A DNA stretch of 64,000 nt, taken from Anaerolineae bacterium. GTDB lineage: Bacteria > Chloroflexota > Anaerolineae > B4-G1 > SLSP01. Position 1 is the stretch's first letter, and each line of letters starts with the position of its first letter. The translations under genes and the position numbers were made by a program. Of the stretch, positions 39,845 through 49,620 are shown piece by piece. Location of the stretch: NCBI GenBank assembly GCA_040767155.1, contig JAXGPC010000005.1, forward strand, positions 390,841 to 454,840, written 5' to 3'. Below the pieces are notes generated by a model. That model was not told the origin of the DNA. It saw only the letters and a list, made by a program, of their open reading frames with translations, and did not search any database.

Positions 39845-40741
39845 TTATCGTGGAGGCGCCACGATCAGTTCGGCTTGGTCGAAGAATGCCGCATTGTTGA
39901 TGTGGGGATAGGCCGGTTCGGCGAAGAAGCAGACGGTAACACGACCGAGAGGAGCCACCTCCGTGGTCTCTTCATCTTCCTCTTCCTCGGGCGTAGGGTT
40001 CGGGAGCTCAGCCACTACGACCGTTGGCGAGGTCAGGGTGACCGTGCCACTGGTCTGGTTGATGCGCATCTCGTTGCCCCACCGCGCGCTGTTGCAGTTG
40101 CCAGCTCCGGTGGCGTCGATGCCCGCTTTGACGATCAGGGTATCGAGCGAGGAGAAGGCCCCTGCCTTGATGCGAAAGGTGACCCGGCTGCCCACTGTGA
40201 CGGTTACCGTCTGATGGACCCAAGTGCGAAACTTGAGCCACCGCATCGTCTCGATCTTCAGCGTGGTCCCGCTGATTTGGCGGACCGGGTCATCGGCTGC
40301 GGTGAACTGCGGCTCGGCGTATGAGGTCTCGGTGTTGTACTCGTCGCCGCTCTTGTAGTTGACATAGGCATCCCACTCCCAGCCCGGAATGCGGTTGGGC
40401 AGCAGGAAGTCGAAGTCGGCCCCCTCCAATCGAACCACGATGGGCGGGATCGGCGTCGGCGTTGGAGTCTCTGTGGGTACTACGGTGGGCACCGGCGTTC
40501 GAGTGGGCACCGGCGTGTTTGTCGGTCTGGCGATGAGCGTCGGGCGGGGCGTGAGGGTTGGCGTAGGCGTCCAGGTCGCTGCGGGCGTCTGGGTGGGCTC
40601 GGGCGTCGCTGATGCTGGCAGTGCCTGTGCAGGATGGCGTGTCGCGTTGACCACGATGGCTGCCAGGCCCGCGATCACGGCGACATCAAGCACAGCGAGA
40701 ATGAGAAGGATGATCTTCTGCGTTCGTGTCAGTGCGCTCAT
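39845..40741 (-). CDS. membrane-anchored hypothetical protein with a Pro/Thr-rich linker
   Basis: N-terminal TM segment, a long TPTPT linker, then a beta-rich C-terminal domain of unknown family. Confidence 0.4.
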   Translation of the reverse strand: MSALTRTQKIILLILAVLDVAVIAGLAAIVVNATRHPAQALPASATPEPTQTPAATWTPTPTLTPRPTLIARPTNTPVPTRTPVPTVVPTETPTPTPIPPIVVRLEGADFDFLLPNRIPGWEWDAYVNYKSGDEYNTETSYAEPQFTAADDPVRQISGTTLKIETMRWLKFRTWVHQTVTVTVGSRVTFRIKAGAFSSLDTLIVKAGIDATGAGNCNSARWGNEMRINQTSGTVTLTSPTVVVAELPNPTPEEEEDEETTEVAPLGRVTVCFFAEPAYPHINNAAFFDQAELIVAPPR

Positions 40742-40868
40742 AGCTACCTTTTGGTCGCGCGTATCCCCCAGGCCGACGATGTGACTTTGCCGGTGTGCTG
40801 GCCTGGCTTTTGGTAATAATCTAGCTTGTATCCATCATACTCTAAGGTTGCTACCAACACAAGCGACG

Positions 40869-41939
40869 TTAGTTGCATTGGTGGTGCTGTTGTGTGAAGA
40901 GCTGACCACAGCCAGCGCGAATGCCCCCGCCGCGTCGCTGGCGCACCGTATGGGGAATGGCATACCTGTCGAGAATCGCCGCGAACATATCGAGTGCTTG
41001 AGATGATGCCGGCCTGTATGGCGAGTCTGCTGTGGGATTGAGCTGGATCAGGTTGACGTGGGAGGGTAGCTCCTGAAGTCGCGTGACCAGAGCCAGCGCT
41101 TGCTCCTCCGTATCATTGTGATCCGCGATCATCACCCATTCGTAGAACACCCGTCGCCCGGTCCGCTCGGTGTAGCGGCGTACAGCATCGAAGAGCTGCG
41201 CGAGGGGGTAGGTGCGGTTGATCGGCATTAGCGCGCTCCGCAAGTCGTCCGTAGCAGCGTGTAACGAGATCGCCAGTTTGATTGGCAGCCGGCTGTGGAC
41301 TTCAGCCAGACGGTCAATCCCCGGGACAATGCCTACGGTGCTCAGGGTGATCCGTCCGGGGGCCAGGGCCAGTCCCCGGGGATCGGCAAGGCGCTGGACG
41401 GCCTTGAGGACGTTTTCGGTGTTCAGCAAGGGTTCGCCCATGCCCATGAAGACCACATTCGAGAGGCGTGCGGCGTGCGAGGTGCCAAGGAAGCGCCTGA
41501 AATGCAGGATCTGGGCAATGATCTCGCCCGCAGAGAGTTGTCGCACGAACCCCATCTTACCTGTGGCGCAGAAGTCGCATCCACAGGCACATCCCACCTG
41601 CGTTGACGCACAGACCGTAAAGCGATCGCGATAGGCCAACAAGACCGATTCGACCTGAACGCCATCTGTCATCTGCAGGAGATGCTTCTGTGTGCTCAGG
41701 TCCGGGCTGACCTCCTGCGCGAGCAGCCCAGGAGTGATGAGCGGTAGCTCCTGACTGAGACGTTCACGAAGCGTAGGTGGGAGCGCTTCTAGTTCGTGGA
41801 TCGATGTGCCCAGATCGTGGTAGAGCCAGTGCCAGATATGGCGCGCATAGGTGCGAGCGCCATCGTAGGGCTCGCCCCATGAACGGATGCGCGCTTGCAG
41901 GGCAGCCAGGTCAAGATCGATCAGCGTTAGCTTCTCCAC
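40869..41939 (-). CDS. rlmN: 23S rRNA (adenine2503-C2)-methyltransferase RlmN (radical SAM)
   Basis: CASTQVGCACGCDFCATG radical SAM cluster and MGMGEPLLN motif. Start moved to GTG at 41939 (GAGGA upstream), so it does not overlap the divergent TPR gene. Confidence 0.85.
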   Translation of the reverse strand: MEKLTLIDLDLAALQARIRSWGEPYDGARTYARHIWHWLYHDLGTSIHELEALPPTLRERLSQELPLITPGLLAQEVSPDLSTQKHLLQMTDGVQVESVLLAYRDRFTVCASTQVGCACGCDFCATGKMGFVRQLSAGEIIAQILHFRRFLGTSHAARLSNVVFMGMGEPLLNTENVLKAVQRLADPRGLALAPGRITLSTVGIVPGIDRLAEVHSRLPIKLAISLHAATDDLRSALMPINRTYPLAQLFDAVRRYTERTGRRVFYEWVMIADHNDTEEQALALVTRLQELPSHVNLIQLNPTADSPYRPASSQALDMFAAILDRYAIPHTVRQRRGGGIRAGCGQLFTQQHHQCN

Positions 41940-42005
41940 ACGGGTCCTCGGAGATTCCAATATCGGATGCGATTGTGAATCAAGTCTTCGTCTACCAACG
42001 ATATT

Positions 42006-42034
42006 TTGACTTTTAGTACAAAGCATAGCATAAT
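42006..42034 (+). promoter_or_regulatory. candidate promoter TTGACT-17-CATAAT for the TPR/acidic-repeat gene
   Basis: AT-rich divergent intergenic region between rlmN and the TPR gene. The GTG start at 42078 is preceded by GAAGGAGGA. Confidence 0.4.
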
Positions 42035-42077
42035 GTAATTGGAAGACCAATGCCGGCAGTGTTTGAAGGAGGATATT

Positions 42078-45000
42078 GTGTCCGAGATCTCCCTGCAAGC
42101 GTACGAGAACGAGATTGATCAGCTCATTGAGCAGGCTCGTTTTGTTGAGGCTCTGGCACACATCAGGCATCTCTTGAGCCAGTCACCCCACTACATTGGC
42201 GCCTACTATTACCTGGGGAAGACACTGCTCGAGGCTGACCTGCCCGAGCTGGCCGTCGATATGTTCCGCCGTGCGCTCAGCGCTGACCCCGAACACCTCC
42301 TGTCGCGGATTGGCCTGGGACTGGCGCATGAACGACACAACGACCTCGATGGTGCGCTGTGGAATCTCGAGCGGGCTCTGGAGCTCGACCCAGGCAACGC
42401 CGATATTGCCGATGAGCTTCGTCGCATGGTTGGGCGCCGTGACGGGGTTGAGCTGGATCATGTCCCCCAGTCGCGCGCTGGTCTGGCCCGCCTCTATCTC
42501 CGCGGCCGCCTGTATGGCCGTGCTGCTGAAGAGTTCGATGCATTGCTGGACGAACAGCCTGCACGGCCTGACCTGATGGTCGCCCTGGCTGAAGCCTACT
42601 GGCGCAATGGTCAGTTGGTCCAGGCGGCTGAGGTGTGCCAGGAGATCCTGGACAAGATGCCGTACAACTGCAAGGCGAACCTCCTGCTGGGATCGCTGTG
42701 GGTCCAGGGTGGACAGGAAGAGGGTTGGACCTATCTGCGGAGGGCCCAGGAGGTCGACCCGGGAAACAACCGGGCCACGGAGCTGTTCGGGTCCGAGTCT
42801 CCCCTGAAGCCCGCCGAGCTGACTGTCGATTACCTGAGCTTCGACCCCGATGCGATTGGTATTGATCAGCAGAGCGCCTGGTTCAGGCGGCTGCGGTCCG
42901 TCTCCATCACCACTGGTATCTCCGAGGCACCTCCTGAGATGGCCGCCGCGGAGATGCGCCTTGCTGACATCACAGCCAGCCTCGAAGCTCAGATTGAGAT
43001 TCCTGAGTGGCTGCGTGAGCTGGGACCCGGTGAAGCTGCTGAGGAGGTGCCAGGTGGCCTGGGCTGGATGGCTGAAGTTGGTTACCCGGCAGAGGCGCGG
43101 GAAGCAGAGGCGCCTGTGCTGGAAGAGGCCGGTCCAGTGCCCGTCGAGGGAGCCGACCTTGGCTATGGTCCGGAGGGCGAATTGGAGGAAACACCGGCTG
43201 GCGATGCCGGGGGTGCAGACGTCGCGCCGGAATGGCTGACGGAATTGCGGACGGAGACCGCCGACCTGGGGCCAGAAATGGCCGAGGGAGCTCCTGAGTG
43301 GTTGCTCGAGCTGGTGGGTGAACAACCAGAATCGGAGGCTGGGCCGTCCTTCCCCATAGAGACTGAGATTTCCGACGTGAGCGGCCTCGATCTGGCTGAG
43401 GCTGAGACAGAGGGCGCGGTTGAGGTCGCGGATTGGCTGTCCGAGTTCACCCTGGATGAGGAAGGTACAGTCGTCCCCGACGTGACGCGTGAGACTGCGC
43501 TTGTGGAAGAGCTGGAAATCCCGGAGGGCGAAGAGGGTTTGCCCGATTGGCTCAGTGCGTTGAAGCCTCAGATCCCCACTGAAGTCGAGGAAACTGTGCA
43601 CGAGGCGTCAGCAATAGCTGAGGAGGCTCCTGAGGCATCGCTGGGTACTGAGGAGGTTCCCGATTGGCTCGCCGAGCTCGAGCCAGCGGAGGCTGAGGGC
43701 GGGGCTCCCGAGGCGGCACTGGGTGCTGAGGAGGTTCCCGATTGGCTTGCCGAGCTCGAGCCAGCGGAGGCTGAGGGCGGGGCTCCCGAGGCGGCGCTGG
43801 GTGCTGAGGAGGTTCCCGATTGGCTTGCCGAGCTCGAATCAGCCGAGCCTCCGGAAGGGGTGCCGGTTGTGGAGGAGAACCTGGATTGGCTGACAGCGTT
43901 GGAGCCGGTTGAGGCCGAGGGCGCCGAGGCGACCGTTGTTGCTGCAGAGGTCCCCGACTGGCTTGCAGAGCTCAAGCCGGCCATGGCTGAGACGCCTGAG
44001 GCCGCGTTGACAGAAGAGGAGACCCCTGACTGGCTGGCGGAGATCCAGGCGGCAGAGGCAGAAGTGCCTGAGGCGACGGAGGCTGAGGAGACACTGGATT
44101 GGCTTCGTGATCTCGAGGCCGAGGCGCCAGAGCCTACACTTGGTCGCGCGGACGTGACCGTGATCACGCCACCTGTCGAGGAAGAGGCGGGCGTTCGGTC
44201 GGGCGCTGAGGCATTGGCCTGGGTCGAGAGCCTCGCCGGAGGCTGGAACGCGGAGGTCCCGGTCGTGGTAGAGGAGCCTGCGCCCACGGTCGAGGTACCC
44301 GAGGCCCCTGGCGAAACGATCGCCGTGGACGAAGTGACTCCCGAGCTTGAGGAAGCGGCGCCTGCAATGGCCGGTGTCGCGGGTGCGGAGGTCGATCTTC
44401 TCTCTGGCGACGATGCACTGGCGTGGCTGGAGAGCCTTGCTGCTGGTAAAGAGGAAGAGCTTCGGCTGCAGGTCGAGCAGGAGTCGGAGCGACGTGTCGC
44501 CGAGATCATGGGGCGCAGGGTGGAGGCGGGCGCAGCGGAGGATCTGACGGTCATTGAAGCCCCACAGCCAGAGCCCACCATTGTAGAAGAAGCTGAAGTG
44601 GCGGTCACCGAGCCCGTGGAGGTGCCAGCGGAGGAGGACCTTCTCTCCGGTGAGGATGCATTGGCATGGTTGGAGAGCCTCACTGTTGGCAAGGAAGAGG
44701 AACTGCGCCAGCAAGTAGAACAGGAGTCAGCAGAGCGCGTTGCCGAGATTCTGGGCCGCAAGCGGCCGACAGAGGAGACTCCTGAAACTGAGACCGTGTC
44801 GCAGGTGCCGGCTGAGGAAGGGGAAGTCACCGGGACCTGGGAAGAGGTCACCACGCCCGAGTCCGTTGCGGCAGAGGCACCTGTCACGCCTGACCAGGCG
44901 ATACCAGCCGCTGCAGCGGGAGAAGTTGTCGGGGCCGAGGACGTGCTCGCGGAGGTAGCTGCGTTCGCCGGGGAGGACGCTCTGGCGTGGCTCGAAGGTC

Positions 45001-46079
45001 TTTCGCCCGAGGAAACGGCCGAGTTGCGCGCGCAGGTCGCTGAAGAGAGCGCCCAGGTGAGCCCCGCTGAGGAGCCAGCCACAGAGACAGTTTTTGGATG
45101 GTCGGCCTTTGGCGAGGAGCCTGAGGAGATCGCCTCTCCAGAGGAGGCAGCGCCGGCGGCTGAAACTGTTGTGCTTGAAGAGCGGGTTGCGGGCTTTGAG
45201 CTCGAGCCGGAGGCTGTTCCAGAAGTGGAGGCAGCTACACCTGAGGAGGTCACCGCGGACGAGATCCTTGAAGAACTCGCGGTACCCGAAGAGAGTGTAG
45301 AGGCTGCGGCGCCGGAGACGGCGGCGTTTGAGCTCGAGGAAGTGTCCGCTGCCGTTGGAGAGCCCACGGCTGCGGAGATCCTGGAAGAACTCGCGGCACC
45401 CGAAGAGAGTGTTGAGGCCGCGGTGCCGGAGCTTGCGGCGCCTGAAGAGAGTGTCGAGGCTGCGGCGCTGGAGATCGCAGTACCGGAGACGGCGGTGTTC
45501 GAGATCGAGGAAGCAGCTGCCACCGCCGAAGTGCCTGCGGCTGCGGAGATCCTGGAGGAGCCCGCGGCTCCTGAGGAGCCTGTCGAGGCTATTGCGCCCG
45601 AAGTCGAGGAACCTGCCGCTGGCGAGTTGGCCGGTGTGGGGCAGGCCGTGGCTGCGATGACTGCCGGGGAGCAAGCGGTGGTGGTTACCGAAGGTGCCGG
45701 CGTCGTCGAGGAGGCCCCGGTTGCTGCTGTGCCCGAGACACCGGCCCCACGGGCAGAGGCCGAGCCCTCGGCTGTTACGGGAACTGACCTCGATGAGATG
45801 CGTGCCTATCTCAAACAGAAGCGATCGGACCACGCAGCACGGTTGACCCTGGCTCGCGCGCTGTGGGAGGTGGGCGAGATCAGTGAGGCGATGGACCACT
45901 ACGGACGACTGATCAAGTCCAACGCCAAATCCGCTGATGTGACGCAGGACCTCGAACGCTATGCCCAGGAGCGACCGGATGGGCCAGGGGTGTTACGGAC
46001 GCTGGGTGACGCTTACATGAAGTATGGGGCGCTCGACAAGGCCCTGGAGGTTTACAACCGCGCGATGCATCAACTCTAG
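42078..46079 (+). CDS. TPR-repeat protein with a central roughly 1000-aa acidic low-complexity repeat region
   Basis: N-terminal (about 250 aa) and C-terminal (about 90 aa) TPR-like helical repeats. The centre is E/A/P/V-rich with about 12 copies of [VT]PDWL[AS]EL and 3 copies of DALAWLE[SG]L...EEELR.QVEQES.RVAEI.GR. Confidence 0.7.
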   Translation: MSEISLQAYENEIDQLIEQARFVEALAHIRHLLSQSPHYIGAYYYLGKTLLEADLPELAVDMFRRALSADPEHLLSRIGLGLAHERHNDLDGALWNLERALELDPGNADIADELRRMVGRRDGVELDHVPQSRAGLARLYLRGRLYGRAAEEFDALLDEQPARPDLMVALAEAYWRNGQLVQAAEVCQEILDKMPYNCKANLLLGSLWVQGGQEEGWTYLRRAQEVDPGNNRATELFGSESPLKPAELTVDYLSFDPDAIGIDQQSAWFRRLRSVSITTGISEAPPEMAAAEMRLADITASLEAQIEIPEWLRELGPGEAAEEVPGGLGWMAEVGYPAEAREAEAPVLEEAGPVPVEGADLGYGPEGELEETPAGDAGGADVAPEWLTELRTETADLGPEMAEGAPEWLLELVGEQPESEAGPSFPIETEISDVSGLDLAEAETEGAVEVADWLSEFTLDEEGTVVPDVTRETALVEELEIPEGEEGLPDWLSALKPQIPTEVEETVHEASAIAEEAPEASLGTEEVPDWLAELEPAEAEGGAPEAALGAEEVPDWLAELEPAEAEGGAPEAALGAEEVPDWLAELESAEPPEGVPVVEENLDWLTALEPVEAEGAEATVVAAEVPDWLAELKPAMAETPEAALTEEETPDWLAEIQAAEAEVPEATEAEETLDWLRDLEAEAPEPTLGRADVTVITPPVEEEAGVRSGAEALAWVESLAGGWNAEVPVVVEEPAPTVEVPEAPGETIAVDEVTPELEEAAPAMAGVAGAEVDLLSGDDALAWLESLAAGKEEELRLQVEQESERRVAEIMGRRVEAGAAEDLTVIEAPQPEPTIVEEAEVAVTEPVEVPAEEDLLSGEDALAWLESLTVGKEEELRQQVEQESAERVAEILGRKRPTEETPETETVSQVPAEEGEVTGTWEEVTTPESVAAEAPVTPDQAIPAAAAGEVVGAEDVLAEVAAFAGEDALAWLEGLSPEETAELRAQVAEESAQVSPAEEPATETVFGWSAFGEEPEEIASPEEAAPAAETVVLEERVAGFELEPEAVPEVEAATPEEVTADEILEELAVPEESVEAAAPETAAFELEEVSAAVGEPTAAEILEELAAPEESVEAAVPELAAPEESVEAAALEIAVPETAVFEIEEAAATAEVPAAAEILEEPAAPEEPVEAIAPEVEEPAAGELAGVGQAVAAMTAGEQAVVVTEGAGVVEEAPVAAVPETPAPRAEAEPSAVTGTDLDEMRAYLKQKRSDHAARLTLARALWEVGEISEAMDHYGRLIKSNAKSADVTQDLERYAQERPDGPGVLRTLGDAYMKYGALDKALEVYNRAMHQL
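43650..43845 (+). repeat. near-perfect 78-bp tandem repeat (2.5 copies) inside the TPR/acidic-repeat gene
   Basis: Unit gaggaggttcccgattggct[c/t]gccgagctcgagccagcggaggctgagggcggggctcccgaggcggc[a/g]ctgggtgct recurs at 43650, 43728 and 43806. It encodes EEVPDWLAELEPAEAEGGAPEAALGA. Confidence 0.85.
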
Positions 46080-46103
46080 GAAATCCCTGGGGCTGTCCTG
46101 ACC

Positions 46104-46160
46104 CGAAAAAAACCGGGTAGGCATGGCGATCGAAGCCATGTCCTACCCGGTTCTCATTTC
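46104..46160. terminator. bidirectional Rho-independent terminator between the TPR gene and ndk
   Basis: AAAAAAA-CCGGGTAGGCATGGC...GCCATGTCCTACCCGG-TTCTCATTT: a hairpin flanked by an A-tract on one side and a T-rich tract on the other, between convergent genes. Confidence 0.5.
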
Positions 46161-46205
46161 CGTCGGGCCGGCATGATTGTCCCGGCAGCGTCTTTTCCCT
46201 TCGCT

Positions 46206-46802
46206 CTAGGCCATCAACCCTTCGCCAGCGCGTTCATAGTCGAAGAGCTCCTCGGGCCGGAACCAGTAGGCGATCTCTTGCGCAGCCTCTTCGACGTTGC
46301 CCGAGGCGTGGATCAGGTTCTTGGTCGACCGCTTCTCCAGGCTCGACAGCGTGTTGGAGTCGATGGCGAAATCCGCCCGGATCGTGCCGGGTTCTGCACG
46401 AGCCGGAATCGTGAACCCGATCATCCTGCGTACCGCTGTGATGGCGTGTACCCCTTGGAGCACGATCGCAACCACCGGGCCGCTCGACACATACTCGATC
46501 AGCCAGCGTCGCACCATCGTACCGATCTCCAAGGGATCCTTTGTTCCCAGTACCTCTACGACATCCATGCCAAACTGGGCAAAGGAGTCGAGCGTTTTTT
46601 GCCCCATGCCCGCAATCCACGCATCATCTCCGGCATAGTGCCCTGCGGCCATCTCTTCGGTTGGGACTACCATCTTGAGTCCCACGATCTTCAATCCTGC
46701 CCGCTCGAAGCGGGTGATGATCTCACCTGATAGTCCCCGCGCGACAGCATCTGGCTTGAGCAGCACCAGCGTCCGCTCCTTCTTGATCGATTCTGCGTCC
46801 AT
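46206..46802 (-). CDS. ndk: nucleoside diphosphate kinase
   Basis: ERTLVLLKPDAV N-terminus and the NLIHAS(G) active-site His motif (NLIHASGNVEEA). Start chosen at MDAESIKK. Confidence 0.85.
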   Translation of the reverse strand: MDAESIKKERTLVLLKPDAVARGLSGEIITRFERAGLKIVGLKMVVPTEEMAAGHYAGDDAWIAGMGQKTLDSFAQFGMDVVEVLGTKDPLEIGTMVRRWLIEYVSSGPVVAIVLQGVHAITAVRRMIGFTIPARAEPGTIRADFAIDSNTLSSLEKRSTKNLIHASGNVEEAAQEIAYWFRPEELFDYERAGEGLMA

Positions 46803-46890
46803 ATCCACCTCACTCTTTATGGTTTCACAAGACAAGCTGAAGCCTGTCTGAGGGCTTCAGCTTGTCGAGTTCTCCTGGGCTGCGCGTCTA

Positions 46891-47241
46891 CTAGCCGAAC
46901 TTGTAGGCGACCCCGAATCCGCCGCGGGGAAGTTCCCACTGGATGTTCTTGTATGGACATCCGACCCGGCAGCTCCCACATTCGACACAGCTCTGGTAGG
47001 CGACCTGGATGCGGCCGTCGTTGCCCTGGGTGTAGACGCCCACCGGGCAGAAATAGAGGCACGGTTTGTACTCGCAGCGGGCGCAGACCGCCTGGTCGAT
47101 GATTCGCAGATGTGCCTTATCCTCATCGATAAAGTACTTCAGGCTCATCAGGAGGTCATCGACGTAGACGTTGGGAAGCGTCGCCTTGACCTCCTCAGGT
47201 AGTTCTTTCGCCTCAAATGCATCGCCTGTTTTCATCGCCAT
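46891..47241 (-). CDS. fixX: ferredoxin-like protein FixX
   Basis: Two 4Fe-4S-type Cys clusters (CARCEYKPCLYFCP and CVECGSCRVGCP), about 100 aa, immediately downstream of fixC. Confidence 0.8.
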   Translation of the reverse strand: MAMKTGDAFEAKELPEEVKATLPNVYVDDLLMSLKYFIDEDKAHLRIIDQAVCARCEYKPCLYFCPVGVYTQGNDGRIQVAYQSCVECGSCRVGCPYKNIQWELPRGGFGVAYKFG

Positions 47242-47245
47242 ACGA

Positions 47246-48568
47246 TCACCATCCCATCACTGAGCGCGCCATCGAGACAATGTCCCCGGCAGCCTTGATC
47301 AGCCCGCGCCGGTTGGTCAGCGAGCCGAGCATCCCCTTGAAGAGTTCCTTCTTGGGCTTTCCATAGGCGGTGAAGAACTGCCCCAGCGCGCCGTTGACGA
47401 AGTTCGGGTAGACGTCCATAAACTGCGGGTGCGTTTCCAGGAATCTGGAGAAGCCGCGGTACTGCTTGAGATCCTTGAGGATGAAGCCCTCACTCAGCCG
47501 GTCCTCGTAGCGTGACATGACCTTCGCGGTGAAGTCGCCCCGGCTGTGCGCTTCCAGGGCCGTCTCGCCGGCGAGCTTGCCCGCGACGATGGCCATATTG
47601 GTCCCTTCCCAGTGCAAGGCGTTGACCATCGCAGCGGCGTCACCGGCAACCATAGCGCCGTCGGTCGCCAGCTTGGGCATCGCGCGATAGCCGCCCTCGG
47701 GGATCAGGTGTGCACCGTATTCCAGCAACTGCCCGCCCTTGATCAACGGGGCGATTGCCGGATGGTCGAGGTACCGCTGGAGGACATCATAGGGCCTGAG
47801 CCGGTACTCGGCGAGTGTGTCCAACATGACGCCCAGCCCGATCGACACACTGGCCTTGTTCGTGTAGACGAAGCCCATCCCCGGCAATCCCAGGGAGACG
47901 TCGCCCAAAACCGAGACTGCCAGGCCGTGGGCGTCATCCGGGAGTCCGAAGCGCGCGTTGATTGTCTCCATCGGCAACGAGATGACTTTCTTGAATGCCA
48001 GAGCCATCTGTGCCGGTTCGAGATCACGGTGGATGAGCCCCAGCTTCTGCGTCAGGATGTTGTTGACCCCCTCGCAGATGATGACGACCGGGGCATGGAT
48101 CTCGCCCTGGGGCCGGTCGGTGAGGACACCCGTGACCTGCCCATTCTCCTCGCGGATGAAGTCCACAACCGTGGTCTTGGGAATGAGGAAGGCGCCCGCT
48201 GCCTGGGCCTGTTCTGCCCACCAGGGGTCGAAGTTCGCCCGCAATGTAATGAAAGCGTCGGGGGGATCGGCGTTGAGCTCACCGCCCTGCACGGTCATTC
48301 GTGTCAGCCCGTCCTTGCCGAGGAACCAGAACCCGGCTTCGGTGACCGGACGCTCAAAGGGCGGGCGGCGATCCATGAAGTCGGGCACCAGATCTGCGAT
48401 CGCGTGCGTGTAGATCGCGCCTCCGAAGTAGTTCTTGCCGCCGGGCTTCTGGCCGCGTTCGATCAGGGCAACGTTCAATCCGCCTCGCGCCATGACCATG
48501 GCGGCTGCGGAACCGGCCAGGCCGGCGCCCACCACTACGGCATCGAACTCGATACGTTCGCTGTTCAT
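47246..48568 (-). CDS. fixC: FAD-dependent oxidoreductase FixC (ETF-quinone oxidoreductase-like)
   Basis: FDAVVVGAGLAGSAAA FAD motif, 440 aa, inside a fixABCX arrangement. Confidence 0.85.
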   Translation of the reverse strand: MNSERIEFDAVVVGAGLAGSAAAMVMARGGLNVALIERGQKPGGKNYFGGAIYTHAIADLVPDFMDRRPPFERPVTEAGFWFLGKDGLTRMTVQGGELNADPPDAFITLRANFDPWWAEQAQAAGAFLIPKTTVVDFIREENGQVTGVLTDRPQGEIHAPVVIICEGVNNILTQKLGLIHRDLEPAQMALAFKKVISLPMETINARFGLPDDAHGLAVSVLGDVSLGLPGMGFVYTNKASVSIGLGVMLDTLAEYRLRPYDVLQRYLDHPAIAPLIKGGQLLEYGAHLIPEGGYRAMPKLATDGAMVAGDAAAMVNALHWEGTNMAIVAGKLAGETALEAHSRGDFTAKVMSRYEDRLSEGFILKDLKQYRGFSRFLETHPQFMDVYPNFVNGALGQFFTAYGKPKKELFKGMLGSLTNRRGLIKAAGDIVSMARSVMGW

Positions 48569-49620
48569 GCCTGTGCCTCCTTGCGCGCCTTGATCTCCTT
48601 GATCATCGCGGGAATGACCTCGTAGAGATCCCCGACGATGCCCACGTCGGCGACCTCAAAGATTGGGGCATTGGGGTCGTTGTTGATGGCGATGATGAAG
48701 TCCGAGTTCTGCATCCCCACCTTGTGCTGCAACGCACCGGAGATCCCGGCTGCAACGTAGACCTTGGGCCTGACCGTCTTGCCACTCTGCCCGACCTGGT
48801 GCGCGTAGGCGATCCATCCTGCATCGACGCAGGGACGTGATGCGCCCACGACTCCGCCCATCGCGTCGGCCAGCTCCTTGATCAGTGCGAAACCATCCGG
48901 CCCGCCCAGACCGCGGCCTCCGGAGACGATGACATCGCTGTACTCGATGTCCACGGTGTCTTCCTTGCCGTGAATGAACTCGAGGATGCAAGCGCGTGCG
49001 CCTTCTTCGGTGACCTCCACGGCTTCTTCCACGATCTCCCCGCGGGCCTCGGGGTTGTAGGCGGGCGCCGGGAACACCCGCGGGCGCACGCTGGACATCT
49101 GCGGCCTGTGGCGGCGGCAGACGATCGTCGCCATAATGTTGCCGCCGAAGGCCGGACGGGTCGCCAGCAAGAGCTTCTGCGGCGCGCCCTTCACCTCCCC
49201 CATCTCCAGTTTGGTGCAATCGGCGGTGAGTCCCGTACCCAATGACGTGGCGATCGCTCCGGCCAGATCACGACCGAGTGTCGTGGCGCCAATGAGGAAG
49301 ACCTCCGGCTTGTACTTCTCCGCGATTGTCTCGATGGTCATATAGTAGGGGCAGTTGCGGTAGTGCTCGAGCACTGGATCGTCCAACAGGTAGACCCGAT
49401 CCGCGCCGTAACCGATGGCTGCCTCAGCAATCGACCGCACCTGGTGTCCCAACAACACGCCTTCGACGATCACCTCGTCACCGGCGGCTGCAGCCTCCTC
49501 AGCAACCTGCGACGCCAGCGTGCGGGCTACGCCCAGGAGTTCCCACGAGACCGGGTGGACCTTACCCCCTTCTTGCTCCAGGAAGACCCAGAAACGCCTC
49601 GTCTGCTGCGGACGCGTCAT
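48565..49620 (-). CDS. fixB: electron transfer flavoprotein alpha subunit FixB/EtfA
   Basis: C-terminal FAD-binding region VYVAAGISGALQHKVGMQNSDFIIAINNDPNAPIF. Start overlaps the fixC gene. Confidence 0.85.
   Translation of the reverse strand: MTRPQQTRRFWVFLEQEGGKVHPVSWELLGVARTLASQVAEEAAAAGDEVIVEGVLLGHQVRSIAEAAIGYGADRVYLLDDPVLEHYRNCPYYMTIETIAEKYKPEVFLIGATTLGRDLAGAIATSLGTGLTADCTKLEMGEVKGAPQKLLLATRPAFGGNIMATIVCRRHRPQMSSVRPRVFPAPAYNPEARGEIVEEAVEVTEEGARACILEFIHGKEDTVDIEYSDVIVSGGRGLGGPDGFALIKELADAMGGVVGASRPCVDAGWIAYAHQVGQSGKTVRPKVYVAAGISGALQHKVGMQNSDFIIAINNDPNAPIFEVADVGIVGDLYEVIPAMIKEIKARKEAQA

Noticed and set aside
43568-45899. 651-aa and 390-aa minus-strand ORFs, and several internal plus ORFs, within the acidic repeat region
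   Set aside because: Ser/Ala/Thr- or Arg-rich translations produced by the antisense or off-frame reading of GAG/GCN-rich repeats. The sense frame is continuous with TPR domains at both ends.
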